DNA from: a virus
Taxonomy: Duplodnaviria > Caudoviricetes
Virus record (IMG/VR): IMGVR_UViG_2600255093_000008
Span: 15,992 to 79,991 of that record
Length of the DNA stretch: 64,000 bases
Strand: one strand, 5' to 3'
Below the pieces are notes generated by a model. The model saw only the letters and a list, made by a program, of their open reading frames with translations. It made no database searches and had not been told where the DNA came from. Below, piece after piece: positions 45,476 through 54,722 of the stretch (its first letter is position 1; every line of letters starts with the position of its first letter). Both the position numbers and the translations under genes were made by a program.

Positions 45476-46929
45476 GTCAACAGTTCCTCCAACCGAATGA
45501 CGGCCGTCGCCAGCGCATCAGGGCCGTCGTCGTGATCGCCGTGGGGGAAGTCGCGGAGTTGATTCGCGAGTAGCTGCCCGCCCGCAGTGTTGCGGACACG
45601 GATCTGGCCGAGGCGGATGTAGTCGTTGAGCGCGCGAATGCGCACGATCTTCGGGTCCGAGACGCTCTTCTCGTAGTAGATCAACGACACAGGCCGGCCC
45701 TGCTTGAGCCGGTCTTGCTTCACACGCTCGGCAGCCGGCCCGAAGAGGCCCATCGTGTTGTTGACTTCCGCGACCAACTCCTTCGGCTGCCAGCTCGCCG
45801 CGATGTCGATGGCCCGTTCGACCCACTCAGGCTCGCGCCTCAACTCGCAGTCAACGAACAGCGTGCCGTACCGGGACAGGCCGAGCATGATGTGGGCCTG
45901 GTAGTCGGACTTCTCGCTCGTGCCCTTCGAGGGGTCCAGGGACTGGATCTTGAACACGATGTCGTCGGGCCACTGATTGAAGAAGAAGTCAGCGCGGTCG
46001 AAGCACTCCGACGGCCATTCCACGCCTTCGATCGACCCGGGCACGCCCTGGAATTCGGACTCGAACGCGGACGCGCCCACTTCGGCCCGCTTCAGCATGA
46101 TGTCGAGCAAGCTGAATCGCTGGGGCCAGTAGAGCACCGCGCCCTCGTCCATCGCAGCTTTGTTCCGCTCGTAGAACGCACGCGCCGTTGTGTCGCGGTT
46201 GTCGTCGGCGAGGTTCGTCGCAAGCCTCTCGAACTCGTCCCACAGGTCCATTCGCTTCGGCCAGGAGTGGACGGCCTTGTACGTGTGCCCGGACCAGCCG
46301 GCGAGTTTGCCGAGACGGACCGCAACGGCCTCACGGTGGATGGCGGAGCCGACGGCGAGGAAGTTCGTGTGCTCATCGCCGGCGTTCATCACCTCGCGCG
46401 TGGCCCATCGCCAAGCGTGGTCGCGTTCGATCGGCGAGATAACGTCTTTGTTCGATTGAATGTCGTCGAAAATGATGAGTGACGGTCGGGCTGATCGGTT
46501 GCGGCGCCCGCGCACCTTTTTGCCGCGGCCGAGGGCCTCGATAATCGACCCGTTGCGGAGTTGGATTCGCGACGTCTTCCATTCCGGCCCGACGCCCGCT
46601 GCGTCCGAGTACACCGTGCGAATCAGGTCGTTGTCTTCGAGCTCCTTCCTGATGTGCCCTAAGTGCTGGTCGGCCTGGTCGCTGCTGTCCGACAGAATGA
46701 GCGTGTACTTCTCCCAACCCTCCAGGGCGGCACGGAGCGGGTAGGCGAGCGTCTTCCAGGTGCTTTTCGCTCCACCCCGCGGCGCGATGTCGGAGATCTT
46801 CACCGATCTCCGCTTGTGGAGTTGGTGCAGCTCGGTGTCGAACTGGCGGTGAAAGTCCGCCTGGCTGCCGCGGAAGTAGTGCGGCAGGTACGTGCGGTTC
46901 CAATCCGTCGGCGATAACTCACGCGCCAT
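45472..46929 (-). CDS. terL: Terminase large subunit
   Basis: APRGGAKST Walker A, LIIFDD Walker B, LDPS..SDY and HDDGPDA nuclease motifs. Confidence 0.93.
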   Translation of the reverse strand: MARELSPTDWNRTYLPHYFRGSQADFHRQFDTELHQLHKRRSVKISDIAPRGGAKSTWKTLAYPLRAALEGWEKYTLILSDSSDQADQHLGHIRKELEDNDLIRTVYSDAAGVGPEWKTSRIQLRNGSIIEALGRGKKVRGRRNRSARPSLIIFDDIQSNKDVISPIERDHAWRWATREVMNAGDEHTNFLAVGSAIHREAVAVRLGKLAGWSGHTYKAVHSWPKRMDLWDEFERLATNLADDNRDTTARAFYERNKAAMDEGAVLYWPQRFSLLDIMLKRAEVGASAFESEFQGVPGSIEGVEWPSECFDRADFFFNQWPDDIVFKIQSLDPSKGTSEKSDYQAHIMLGLSRYGTLFVDCELRREPEWVERAIDIAASWQPKELVAEVNNTMGLFGPAAERVKQDRLKQGRPVSLIYYEKSVSDPKIVRIRALNDYIRLGQIRVRNTAGGQLLANQLRDFPHGDHDDGPDALATAVIRLEELLT

Positions 46930-47695
46930 CAGCCGTTCCCCGGCCGCCCAAATGCGGCGGAGCGAAGAGGGGGCGAAGGGCAGTGAGGAGAGCTGCGAGT
47001 TCATCGGGGGCCATCTTGGTCAGGTCCGGCAGGTCGCCGTCTTTGATCTTCACCACGTCCTCGAACATGCCGAGGTGCCGCGCGACGTTGACCAGTGCGG
47101 CGTGTTGGTCGTTGAGTTTGGCTTCGATTCCCTCTTTGGTTTGCTTCACGCCGGCGTAGAGGCACTTCGCCGCGGCAGACAGCAACCGAGTGTCTTTGAT
47201 GTGGGTTCGGCCTTCGCCCTCACCGAAGCACTCGGAGCAGTCCGGGTGAGGCGGCTTCCTCGCGTCGTAACCGTCGCCCCCCATTGTGGCGAACGTGCCG
47301 GGGTGCGGTTCCTTCGAGTTGGCCTGGTGCGCACGGACCAGCACATCGTGCGCGGCCCGATCCCGCTCCAACTCCCCCTGCGTGCGCTGGTACCGGTTCC
47401 CGCGACCGTGGCAGTACCGGCAGCACGTCCGCCGGTACTCCACGATCTCGTTCGCATCGGCCGTCGCGATCGACCAGAACCGCTGTAGGACCGCGTCCGC
47501 ACTGATCTCCGTGCTTTTACTGCGTTTCGCAATCGCCGCATCGATCGCCGCTTTTACGTCAACAAAAGTCAACAACCGCTGACCGATCTGCTTCGCCGTC
47601 TTTGCCGAATACCCTGCCCGAATAGCGGCTTGCGTTGCGTTCAGATCGATCAGGTATTCAGCGACGAAACGCTGTTGCTTGGGTGTAAGAGCCAT
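46919..47695 (-). CDS. terS: Terminase small subunit with Cys-rich insert
   Basis: LTPKQQRFVAEYLIDLNATQAAIRAGYS; CCRYC and CSEC. Confidence 0.93.
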   Translation of the reverse strand: MALTPKQQRFVAEYLIDLNATQAAIRAGYSAKTAKQIGQRLLTFVDVKAAIDAAIAKRSKSTEISADAVLQRFWSIATADANEIVEYRRTCCRYCHGRGNRYQRTQGELERDRAAHDVLVRAHQANSKEPHPGTFATMGGDGYDARKPPHPDCSECFGEGEGRTHIKDTRLLSAAAKCLYAGVKQTKEGIEAKLNDQHAALVNVARHLGMFEDVVKIKDGDLPDLTKMAPDELAALLTALRPLFAPPHLGGRGTADGA

Positions 47696-47711
47696 GCCCG
47701 GCAAATGGCAC
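47696..47711 (-). promoter_or_regulatory. 16-nt motif, copy G, abutting terS ATG
   Basis: GTGCCATTTGCCGGGC|ATG. Confidence 0.78.
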
Positions 47712-48439
47712 TATTCCGCACCTGCCGATTCTTCCGTCAGATCGCGAATCACCACTGTGAGCGTCTCATACGCCGGCCAGCGATCACCCTCGAACGGCAC
47801 CCCGTGACGCTCGGCAACCTGCCGAAACCGATCGGCCAGTGGACCGGCCAACAGCTCGGGAATCGCACCAAACACGCGATCCCGGTCGGCGCGGTACAAA
47901 GTCGATAACGCCCGCCGGAACCGTTCCAGGGGCCGAAACGCCAAGTTTGAACCGGGGGGTTCAAGCTCAAGACCGGCCGCACTTGCGATATCCCTGACAA
48001 TTTGCGTCTGACTGATACCCTCGGCATGAGCGATATCACGTGTCGTCAGGCCACGGTCACGCAACGCGACAATGCGGGCCAGTCGCTCTTCGCGCCGGGC
48101 ACTCTGCTCGGCCGGACTCAGGTGCCTGCGATCAATGTTCAGGTCCAGGCACTCGATCCGCGCGTCGTCGTCGCTCATCGGCCCCCGGTGTTGGACCGGA
48201 ATATCGATCGGGTGTTCCATCTCGCTCACGATCCGCAACCGATTGGCCCCGTCGATCACGCACCGATCACCCCATGTCGGGCTGTCGTAAGTCACGACGC
48301 GAGTCAGGACCCTGCGACGTCGGGTAATCGACTCCGTAAGGCCCGCGGCCTCCCGCTTGTTCAGCGGCCGGATCAGATCAGCAAACGGGAGCCGGTATAA
48401 CAGCCCGCCCAGGCGAATCACCTTCACTGTCTCACTCAC
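47711..48439 (-). CDS. ParB-like N-terminal domain plus HTH protein
   Basis: FADLIRPL..L.ESI, VIDGANR, LNIDRRHL, GLTTRDIAHAEGISQTQI. Confidence 0.8.
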   Translation of the reverse strand: MSETVKVIRLGGLLYRLPFADLIRPLNKREAAGLTESITRRRRVLTRVVTYDSPTWGDRCVIDGANRLRIVSEMEHPIDIPVQHRGPMSDDDARIECLDLNIDRRHLSPAEQSARREERLARIVALRDRGLTTRDIAHAEGISQTQIVRDIASAAGLELEPPGSNLAFRPLERFRRALSTLYRADRDRVFGAIPELLAGPLADRFRQVAERHGVPFEGDRWPAYETLTVVIRDLTEESAGAE

Positions 48440-48630
48440 GCTTTGGCCCTCGCCTTGGTGTTCGGATCTTTCCCCGCTTCGAGCCGCATCCAGCTCCCGT
48501 TCCTCAGCCCACTCTTGTCCATCAGCGCCAGGGCCTGCGGTCCCGTTTCCGCCCGACCGACCTCGCGCCACTTGTGCCGCTTCGTCTCCCGGTACCACAA
48601 CACGACCTGCGGATTATTCTGATCGCTCAC
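48436..48630 (-). CDS. Small hypothetical protein
   Basis: GTGA-coupled; W.R...KW..VG motif. Confidence 0.6.
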   Translation of the reverse strand: MSDQNNPQVVLWYRETKRHKWREVGRAETGPQALALMDKSGLRNGSWMRLEAGKDPNTKARAKA

Positions 48631-48645
48631 CTAATGCCCTCCGAA

Positions 48646-49092
48646 TCAGATCTGCCGACCCGCTGCCAACTCACGAGCGCGGGCCTGGATCTCGCGACAG
48701 GCCGCAACAACCCCGACCGTGTCACGCCACTGGCGAGCGGCCACACAGCGCGATGCCGCTGCGCTGATGACCTCATCGAAGCCGCTGACACGTAATTGGC
48801 CGATCATCCCGTCCGTTTCGCTCTCAAGCGCAGCCAGAGGCCCTGGCTGCCACGCGCGGAGCCACTCCAGCACTTCGGGTTTCCGGGCGACTAGCTGCTC
48901 ACCGACGGACCGGGCTTCCTTCGGGCCTTTGATCCGCAGCGAATCGCCATCCACGATGAGCGCGATACCCGCTCGAACGGCTTGAAAGACCAGTTCCGGG
49001 ACCGAATCGCAGGTTTGCCGCAGGTTTGACGCAGGTTCCAACGCAGGTTTCCTCCGAAATCGGTTGTCGCAACCTGTTGAAAGATAAAGCAC
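48646..49092 (-). CDS. TubC-N-like small protein following primase/helicase (start uncertain)
   Basis: AGIALIVDGDSLRIKGP...L..RKPEV. Confidence 0.55.
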   Translation of the reverse strand: MLYLSTGCDNRFRRKPALEPASNLRQTCDSVPELVFQAVRAGIALIVDGDSLRIKGPKEARSVGEQLVARKPEVLEWLRAWQPGPLAALESETDGMIGQLRVSGFDEVISAAASRCVAARQWRDTVGVVAACREIQARARELAAGRQI

Positions 49093-49384
49093 TTACAAAG
49101 ACACCGCAGGTTTCGCAGGTTTGAAACCGGGTTAATCACCTCACACATGCGCGTATGCACACGCACACACGCATGCACGGGCGCCCGCGTATACGCTAAG
49201 GTGGGCAAAGAAACCTGCGAAACCTGCGGTGTTTCCATAACTCGTTCACTAATGCCATGTTGTGGACTGCCTGTTTTTGAGAAACCTGCGTTGAAACCTG
49301 CGATAAACCTGCACGAAACCTGCGGTGTAAGCTGGGTCAGAATGTCGCTCGGGATTTCGGCTCGGAAACCTGCGGCAAACCTGC
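49009..49384. repeat. Replication origin: 14 AAACCTGC iterons in two opposing sets around a purine-pyrimidine tract
   Basis: GCAGGTTY at 49009, 49020, 49031, 49043, 49106, 49115; AAACCTGC at 49211, 49220, 49282, 49294, 49305, 49316, 49366, 49377; RY tract 49142-49178. Confidence 0.82.
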
Positions 49385-49385
49385 A

Positions 49386-51500
49386 TCACGCTGTGATGTC
49401 GAATTCCTCGTCAGACTCCGCATATTCATTTCTGGGCTTGGCTTCCGGCTTCTTGCTCGCCTTCACCTCTTGCAGCTTGTAACGCGGCCTACCGCTGTGA
49501 TCGCGGTCCTCTTTGCCGTCCTGCCGAGTGACAGCCACGATGCGGTACCCGGCGCACACGCGGTCCCGCTGCTTCCGGAGGAAGCGCCCTAGCTGCTTCT
49601 TCCGGCCGTCGTCGTTCTCCGCGGTCAAAACGGATTCGAGAATCTCTTTCGCATCGGTGAACAGCTCCGACGCCATAACGGGAAGTGAATGGTGGCGTTC
49701 CCACCAAGCGCGGACGAACTCCGGCATCTCGTTCGCCTCGTTCGCGGAGAGTTGACGGAACTCCTCCGCGTTACCCAGCAGCCCATCAATCCCCGCGGCC
49801 GCGAGGATGCCACCCACAGTGCGGGACCAGTGCTCGAACTTGCCGAGCGTCTCGGAGCCGGGCGGACGGCCCTGCGTGAGCCAGTTGTTCACAAGGGTGA
49901 TGAGTGCGGCGAGCAGCCGTTCCCGGTTGTCTCGGATCCACTGGTGAATGTCGGGGTGGCGGTAACCGACGTGCTCGCTCGGGTTCTCCTCCCCACGGTC
50001 CAGGCGAATCCAGTAGACGCGGCGGGCGATCTCGCGGGACACAAGGACGTTGTTCCCAGTGAGGAGCCAGCATACGTTGACGCGAGCGCGGGCAACGGTG
50101 GACGAGCCGAGGATGCGGCCGCGCTTGTATTTGGACGTGAGAGCCGCCGCGAGGTTGCCACTATCAACGGTCTTATTCGCGTTGTCGAAGTACACAACGG
50201 GCGAGCCGGCAATCAGTTCGGCCAGGAGCAGCTTGTTCCACTCCTCGTCTGAGAGGTCGGGACTCATCGCCTGAGGGATTTCGCCGATCGTGGTGAGTGT
50301 GACCACTTCCGCCAGCAACGATTTTCCCGTTCCTTCCGCCGGTGCGTCGATCAGCGCGAGCGGGGTCGGGCCGTCGATCGCGTGGCGGATCAGTGGCAAG
50401 ATCAGCATCGCAACCGCGTTGGCACGGCTCGACTGATCCACGAACGGGAAGTCGCCGAGCAGCTCCGTGACGATCAGCTCCCGCGCGGCCTCGACCTCTT
50501 CGACCGACGGCCGGACCGGGACCGATGGGAGCGCGAGCGAACCGAGGTCGCAGTAGATCAGGGACGACGGGTGATAGCCGGAGGTCGCGGCCAGTTCCCA
50601 TTTGGGACCGAATACCGGATAGGTAGCGACCGAACGCAAATGTGGGATACCGGGCCACGCACCGCGGGCCGGAAAGCTCGTCAAAAGCGGTAGGGGCGGG
50701 AAGTCGTCCTTATAAGTGACACCCTGACTCGTTTCTTTGCGCGAGATCCAGTTGGCCACGCGCGCGAGCACGCCACGCAGCGAGTACGTATCCAGCTCGC
50801 GGGCCATCAGAGACGAATCAGGATCGCTCTTCTGGAGGTCGACCAGGCCGCACCCATTACCCACGAACACGGACGGCGGGTCGTTGGCACGGACGAGGGC
50901 CTGCAGCGCGTCCGACTCGACGTCGCGGTACTGGCGCCCGTTGTGGACGATGTCCGGCAGGTCGTTGAGCGTGGAACCGTGGCCGTCGCCGTCACCGGCG
51001 GGCGGTGGCACACCTCGACCGGAACCGGCCGGCTGCTCGGACCGCGTGCGGGACCGCGATTCGCTCGGTGCGTTCCAGCCCGGCCGGTCCTCCTGCAGCT
51101 TCCACCCGCGCCCCTTTGGACAGGGTCCGCGATCGACCGCCTCATTCCATTTGCGGCGCAGCCCCTGCTTCCCGTCCTCTTCCCACGGCGGTGAACAGGT
51201 CGCGTTGTACTCGTCGAGCAGCGCGTAGCCGTCGGCTTCATCCACGCCGAAGTCATTCCAGATGACTCTGGCCGCGTGAAAAACGCGATCGCTCCCGTTC
51301 TGGCCCTCGACCGACGGGGGCAGTGTCTTCAGGTAGGCACGGCACCTCGCGACGCGGTTGTCCGCGTGCGGTCCGGTGCCCCGGGGCCGCTCGGCTCGTG
51401 GTGGGGCTGCAGCCCGACGCGCCGCTTCCTCCGCCGCGATCTCCGCGAGATATTCGGCCGCTACTTGCTCGATCAATTCGCGCGGGGTGACCTGACACAC
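49386..51500 (-). CDS. PriCT domain plus P-loop (SF3-like) helicase
   Basis: ARCRAYL...GQNGS..F..A..YNATCSPPW; APAEGTGKS Walker A; YFDN. Confidence 0.85.
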   Translation of the reverse strand: MCQVTPRELIEQVAAEYLAEIAAEEAARRAAAPPRAERPRGTGPHADNRVARCRAYLKTLPPSVEGQNGSDRVFHAARVIWNDFGVDEADGYALLDEYNATCSPPWEEDGKQGLRRKWNEAVDRGPCPKGRGWKLQEDRPGWNAPSESRSRTRSEQPAGSGRGVPPPAGDGDGHGSTLNDLPDIVHNGRQYRDVESDALQALVRANDPPSVFVGNGCGLVDLQKSDPDSSLMARELDTYSLRGVLARVANWISRKETSQGVTYKDDFPPLPLLTSFPARGAWPGIPHLRSVATYPVFGPKWELAATSGYHPSSLIYCDLGSLALPSVPVRPSVEEVEAARELIVTELLGDFPFVDQSSRANAVAMLILPLIRHAIDGPTPLALIDAPAEGTGKSLLAEVVTLTTIGEIPQAMSPDLSDEEWNKLLLAELIAGSPVVYFDNANKTVDSGNLAAALTSKYKRGRILGSSTVARARVNVCWLLTGNNVLVSREIARRVYWIRLDRGEENPSEHVGYRHPDIHQWIRDNRERLLAALITLVNNWLTQGRPPGSETLGKFEHWSRTVGGILAAAGIDGLLGNAEEFRQLSANEANEMPEFVRAWWERHHSLPVMASELFTDAKEILESVLTAENDDGRKKQLGRFLRKQRDRVCAGYRIVAVTRQDGKEDRDHSGRPRYKLQEVKASKKPEAKPRNEYAESDEEFDITA

Positions 51501-51501
51501 G

Positions 51502-52248
51502 TCATGCTCCGATCGTAGACGGCACTTCGAGGACGCGGCACATGCGGTGCGGGCGCTCCGGGGTGCTGTCACCCTTCCGCGCCCACGTACCGGGGATCTT
51601 GATGATGCGACTCGGATTGAAAACGGTCGTGTCCACGCCCGCGAGCGGCGTGTTGTGGCGTCGTGCCATCTGCTTCAGCGTGCGTTCGATCTGGCCCCCG
51701 TCGTCGCGGGGCAGATCGACGCGGTACCACAGGTGGAACCCGTTCCCGCTGTCGATGAACATGGGAGCCCGGAACCCGCGGGCACTCAGATCGGACCGCA
51801 CGCCGTCGATCACCGAGCGGGCCGCGGCCTTTTCCTCGTCGGTGGAGCTGACACCGGCGATGCGGCGCTTCGGGTCGACGTCCACGACGACCCACCGGCG
51901 CGAGACCACGTCGCCATCGTCCGCGGAGATCTTCGCCAGCCCGTCACCCATCCGGTTGTTAGCGCGGGACAGGTAGACCGGGTCCACGCCGTTCATCGTG
52001 ACGTAGATCCCGGCCGGCTGCAGCTCAAGGGGGCGCGAGACGTACCCCTTGACGGCTTCCCAGAAGCCGCGCTTGCCCGGTTCGGTGAGCAGATCGAAGA
52101 ACCCGGCCTCGGTGCGCGGGCGCCCGTACCGCTGCGGGGCGTTCGGCACCCGCAGTTCGACCACGAGCGAGCCGACGGCACCGGCAGTGAACACCGGGAC
52201 AAAGCGTTTCAACTGCTCGCCACATTCGTTAATGGCGCTCTGTTCCAC
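51502..52248 (-). CDS. AEP primase-polymerase catalytic domain
   Basis: IYVTMN, VVDVD, DSGNGFHLW, NPSRIIKIPGT. Confidence 0.88.
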   Translation of the reverse strand: MEQSAINECGEQLKRFVPVFTAGAVGSLVVELRVPNAPQRYGRPRTEAGFFDLLTEPGKRGFWEAVKGYVSRPLELQPAGIYVTMNGVDPVYLSRANNRMGDGLAKISADDGDVVSRRWVVVDVDPKRRIAGVSSTDEEKAAARSVIDGVRSDLSARGFRAPMFIDSGNGFHLWYRVDLPRDDGGQIERTLKQMARRHNTPLAGVDTTVFNPSRIIKIPGTWARKGDSTPERPHRMCRVLEVPSTIGA

Positions 52249-52331
52249 CCGCACGCCTCCATTGCGTCGAACGGCCCGTGTGGACGTGTTCCACACGGGC
52301 CGTTATTAGTTCCGCCGCAGCCCTGGCGGGC

Positions 52332-52634
52332 CTACTCGGATGACTGGTTATCGATCCACTTCTGAAGCTCGCAGATGGTGCCAGAGAGCCGGCACGCGAC
52401 TGCGTACCAGTACCCTGCGTGAATCTCGGTCAGGTGATCGCGAAACGTCTGAGTTCCGCCGTCGCCTTTAGTTGGTACCGCGTCGGCAATCAGCTTCGGC
52501 AGGATCGCGACAGCACACTCTCCGCAGACGTAAACATCCTGACGGCCCGACCACATAGCTGAGGCCAGGTCGCCGCAATTGAAACACGGCTTGGCTGGCG
52601 GGGCCTCTTCGGGCCGGGGGTACTGAATTCGCAT
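52332..52634 (-). CDS. Zinc-finger hypothetical protein
   Basis: CFNC...CGEC. Confidence 0.55.
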   Translation of the reverse strand: MRIQYPRPEEAPPAKPCFNCGDLASAMWSGRQDVYVCGECAVAILPKLIADAVPTKGDGGTQTFRDHLTEIHAGYWYAVACRLSGTICELQKWIDNQSSE

Positions 52635-53077
52635 CAGACAGCCTCTCTGCTTTTCTGGTTCCTTCCGGTGGCCACTTTGCGAACGTTCTGTTCGGCCTCG
52701 GCTCGTAGTTCGGCCCGCGCCGCGGCGAGTTCTTCGGGAGTAGGGAACCGCCGACCGGTGATCGCCTCACACAACTCCTTCAGCACCGCGGCGCCGCGCT
52801 CGACAATGCTGAGCGCGGCGCGATCGTCTGCGAATTCGGCGCGCATCACCTCACCCCACGTAAACGCGACCCGCGGAAACATGATCGCGGCCGGGCGCTG
52901 GTCAGCGGGGCGCTGGTCGATCTCGTCGGAGACAACCAGGTCGATGCCCAACTGTTTCTTTGCGATCGCCCGCCAAGTGTCGGACGTGTCCTCGTGATCC
53001 GCGAGCCACGCCCAATAATCAGGTGGCACCCGGTCGAGAGGTTCGCCGCGGTATCTACCGAACGGGATGCGGAGCAC
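52634..53077 (-). CDS. DUF3820-like protein
   Basis: IPFGRYRGEPL..VP.DY..W; GGAGG SD. Confidence 0.75.
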   Translation of the reverse strand: MLRIPFGRYRGEPLDRVPPDYWAWLADHEDTSDTWRAIAKKQLGIDLVVSDEIDQRPADQRPAAIMFPRVAFTWGEVMRAEFADDRAALSIVERGAAVLKELCEAITGRRFPTPEELAAARAELRAEAEQNVRKVATGRNQKSREAV

Positions 53078-53108
53078 GTGGCCCTCCGTAGTCAGTAAGC
53101 CTGCGACG

Positions 53109-53124
53109 AATCGGCCAATGGCAC
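53109..53124 (-). promoter_or_regulatory. 16-nt motif, copy H
   Basis: GTGCCATTGGCCGATT, then a leader with GGAGG SD. Confidence 0.7.
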
Positions 53125-53126
53125 GG

Positions 53127-53609
53127 TTACTTCTTCTTCTCCCGGACCGGGAACGGTTTGCCGGTGGCACCCACGTAGGCCGCTTGCGTGAGACTGTCGG
53201 CCGCGGTGTTGAAATCACGCTTCACCCACGTCGCCGACCACGGGCACCCGATGGACGTGAGCAGCTCTCGGCACCGCGCGAGCAGCGGGCGGAGATTCGC
53301 AGCGTTACAGGCCCATCGTCCGCTGAGTTGCTCGACGACGAGTTTCGAGTCACCACTAATAAGGAGCGAGTGTTCAGACGCCGGCTTCAGAACCGAGCGG
53401 TAGTTAGAATCAACGAACGCGAGTGCCTTTCCGAGCGCAACCCACTCAGCGACGTTGTTGGTCATCGGCACCGATAGTGGTTCGACGATGCCAACGCCGT
53501 ACACAGGGACGGACCGGCCAGGCAGATCACGGATGATGAAGCCCCAAGTGCCAACTCCACCGGGATTCACCGGTTCGCACGCGCCGTCGAAGTTGATTGC
53601 AACGATCAC
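53127..53609 (-). CDS. rnhA: Ribonuclease HI
   Basis: FDGA, TNNVAEW.A, GDSKLV, N..AD catalytic DEDD. Confidence 0.9.
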   Translation of the reverse strand: MIVAINFDGACEPVNPGGVGTWGFIIRDLPGRSVPVYGVGIVEPLSVPMTNNVAEWVALGKALAFVDSNYRSVLKPASEHSLLISGDSKLVVEQLSGRWACNAANLRPLLARCRELLTSIGCPWSATWVKRDFNTAADSLTQAAYVGATGKPFPVREKKK

Positions 53610-53881
53610 AATCCGGCTCCTCCCGCTATCACAGCCGCGTCGAGCATGAGCAGCCCAGACACGCGCAGCAGTAGATCTGTAGCCTGGAACAAAACCGCCT
53701 CGCCGCCCGCGTCGTTGTGCTCGTCTCGCCACCAGTAGAACGACCATAGGTTGACCGCCCGGCGTTCGGCTGCGTAAGCTTTGTCGCGGAGTTCCATCCA
53801 TTCCCGGTACTGCTGCGGCTGCCACGGCGCACGACGCGACCTACCGGACGGGAACGCTGCCTGCAGTTGCTCGGTGGTCAC
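53606..53881 (-). CDS. Hypothetical protein
   Basis: Translationally coupled on both sides. Confidence 0.55.
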   Translation of the reverse strand: MTTEQLQAAFPSGRSRRAPWQPQQYREWMELRDKAYAAERRAVNLWSFYWWRDEHNDAGGEAVLFQATDLLLRVSGLLMLDAAVIAGGAGL

Positions 53882-54195
53882 GGCCGCGGCCCCTCTTCGT
53901 GGCGAACATCATCGGTCAAGGTGCCGCATCGAGCCGAGTACGCGAGAAACTTCTCGATCTTGGCTCTCTTCCCAACAAACTCGAAGTATTCGATCGGGCG
54001 CAGCAGCCCCATGTCACGGAGCACATTCCAAGTGGCGATCAGATCGCACATCTCTGCTTCAATGCGCTGAGCGTTGGTTTCGGGTTGCCCTGGCTGGATC
54101 TCACCGAGGCCGAATCGCAACGCCTTACTGATGCGCTGCGCGACCTCTGCGCACTCTTCAGCCAGAATCGTTAGCAGATGCTCCAGCTTGGTCAC
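53878..54195 (-). CDS. MazG-like nucleotide pyrophosphohydrolase
   Basis: LAEECAEV...K..RFG...E..DL; GGAGG SD. Confidence 0.7.
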   Translation of the reverse strand: MTKLEHLLTILAEECAEVAQRISKALRFGLGEIQPGQPETNAQRIEAEMCDLIATWNVLRDMGLLRPIEYFEFVGKRAKIEKFLAYSARCGTLTDDVRHEEGPRP

Positions 54196-54196
54196 G

Positions 54197-54589
54197 TCAG
54201 CAAACCTCCGCCACATGAGGGCAGCCATCATCGGCCATGCGGTGGAGGTCCGCGATCGCGACAGGGCGCACAGGCCCGCGTCGCATCTCCCCCACGGTCG
54301 CGGGATCGTCGGTGCGGTGCCGGCCCGCGTCCGGGTCACCGATCGGGATGGCACCGATGATTTGGCCCGTCTGCCACTCGGTTGCCAACTGGCGGACGTC
54401 GGCGACGTACTTCGGGTCCATGCCGCACTGAGCCGCGGCATCCGCGTAGGCCCTCAGCGCGGCTGGTGCGGCCGGGTCGCCTTCACCGAGGACGAACCAG
54501 GCCCACGGCGGTATTGTGCCGTCGCGCCGCTTGACGAGGTACTTACCCTCGCGCGTGCCCTCATCGTTTCGCCACAGTCCGGCCATCAC
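54197..54589 (-). CDS. Conserved phage hypothetical protein
   Basis: KYLVKRRDG...FVL...DPAAPAALRAYA. Confidence 0.65.
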   Translation of the reverse strand: MMAGLWRNDEGTREGKYLVKRRDGTIPPWAWFVLGEGDPAAPAALRAYADAAAQCGMDPKYVADVRQLATEWQTGQIIGAIPIGDPDAGRHRTDDPATVGEMRRGPVRPVAIADLHRMADDGCPHVAEVC

Positions 54590-54722
54590 TCACCGCCTTT
54601 CGATCGCCCGGAATGAACCCACTCAATCGCCACAGCACCAAGGACAATAAGGCCGACGAAGCACACGCTTTTCCACGACAACGTGGGCAGGAACGAGTCA
54701 ACGAAGTTGGCAAAGAGAGCCA

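Noticed and set aside
49009-49384. CRISPR array
   Set aside because: Repeats are 8 bp with 1-4-bp gaps in both orientations; no spacers and no cas genes
53127-53609. Retroelement/DGR remnant suggested by RNase H
   Set aside because: No reverse transcriptase motifs and no TR/VR pair seen in the window
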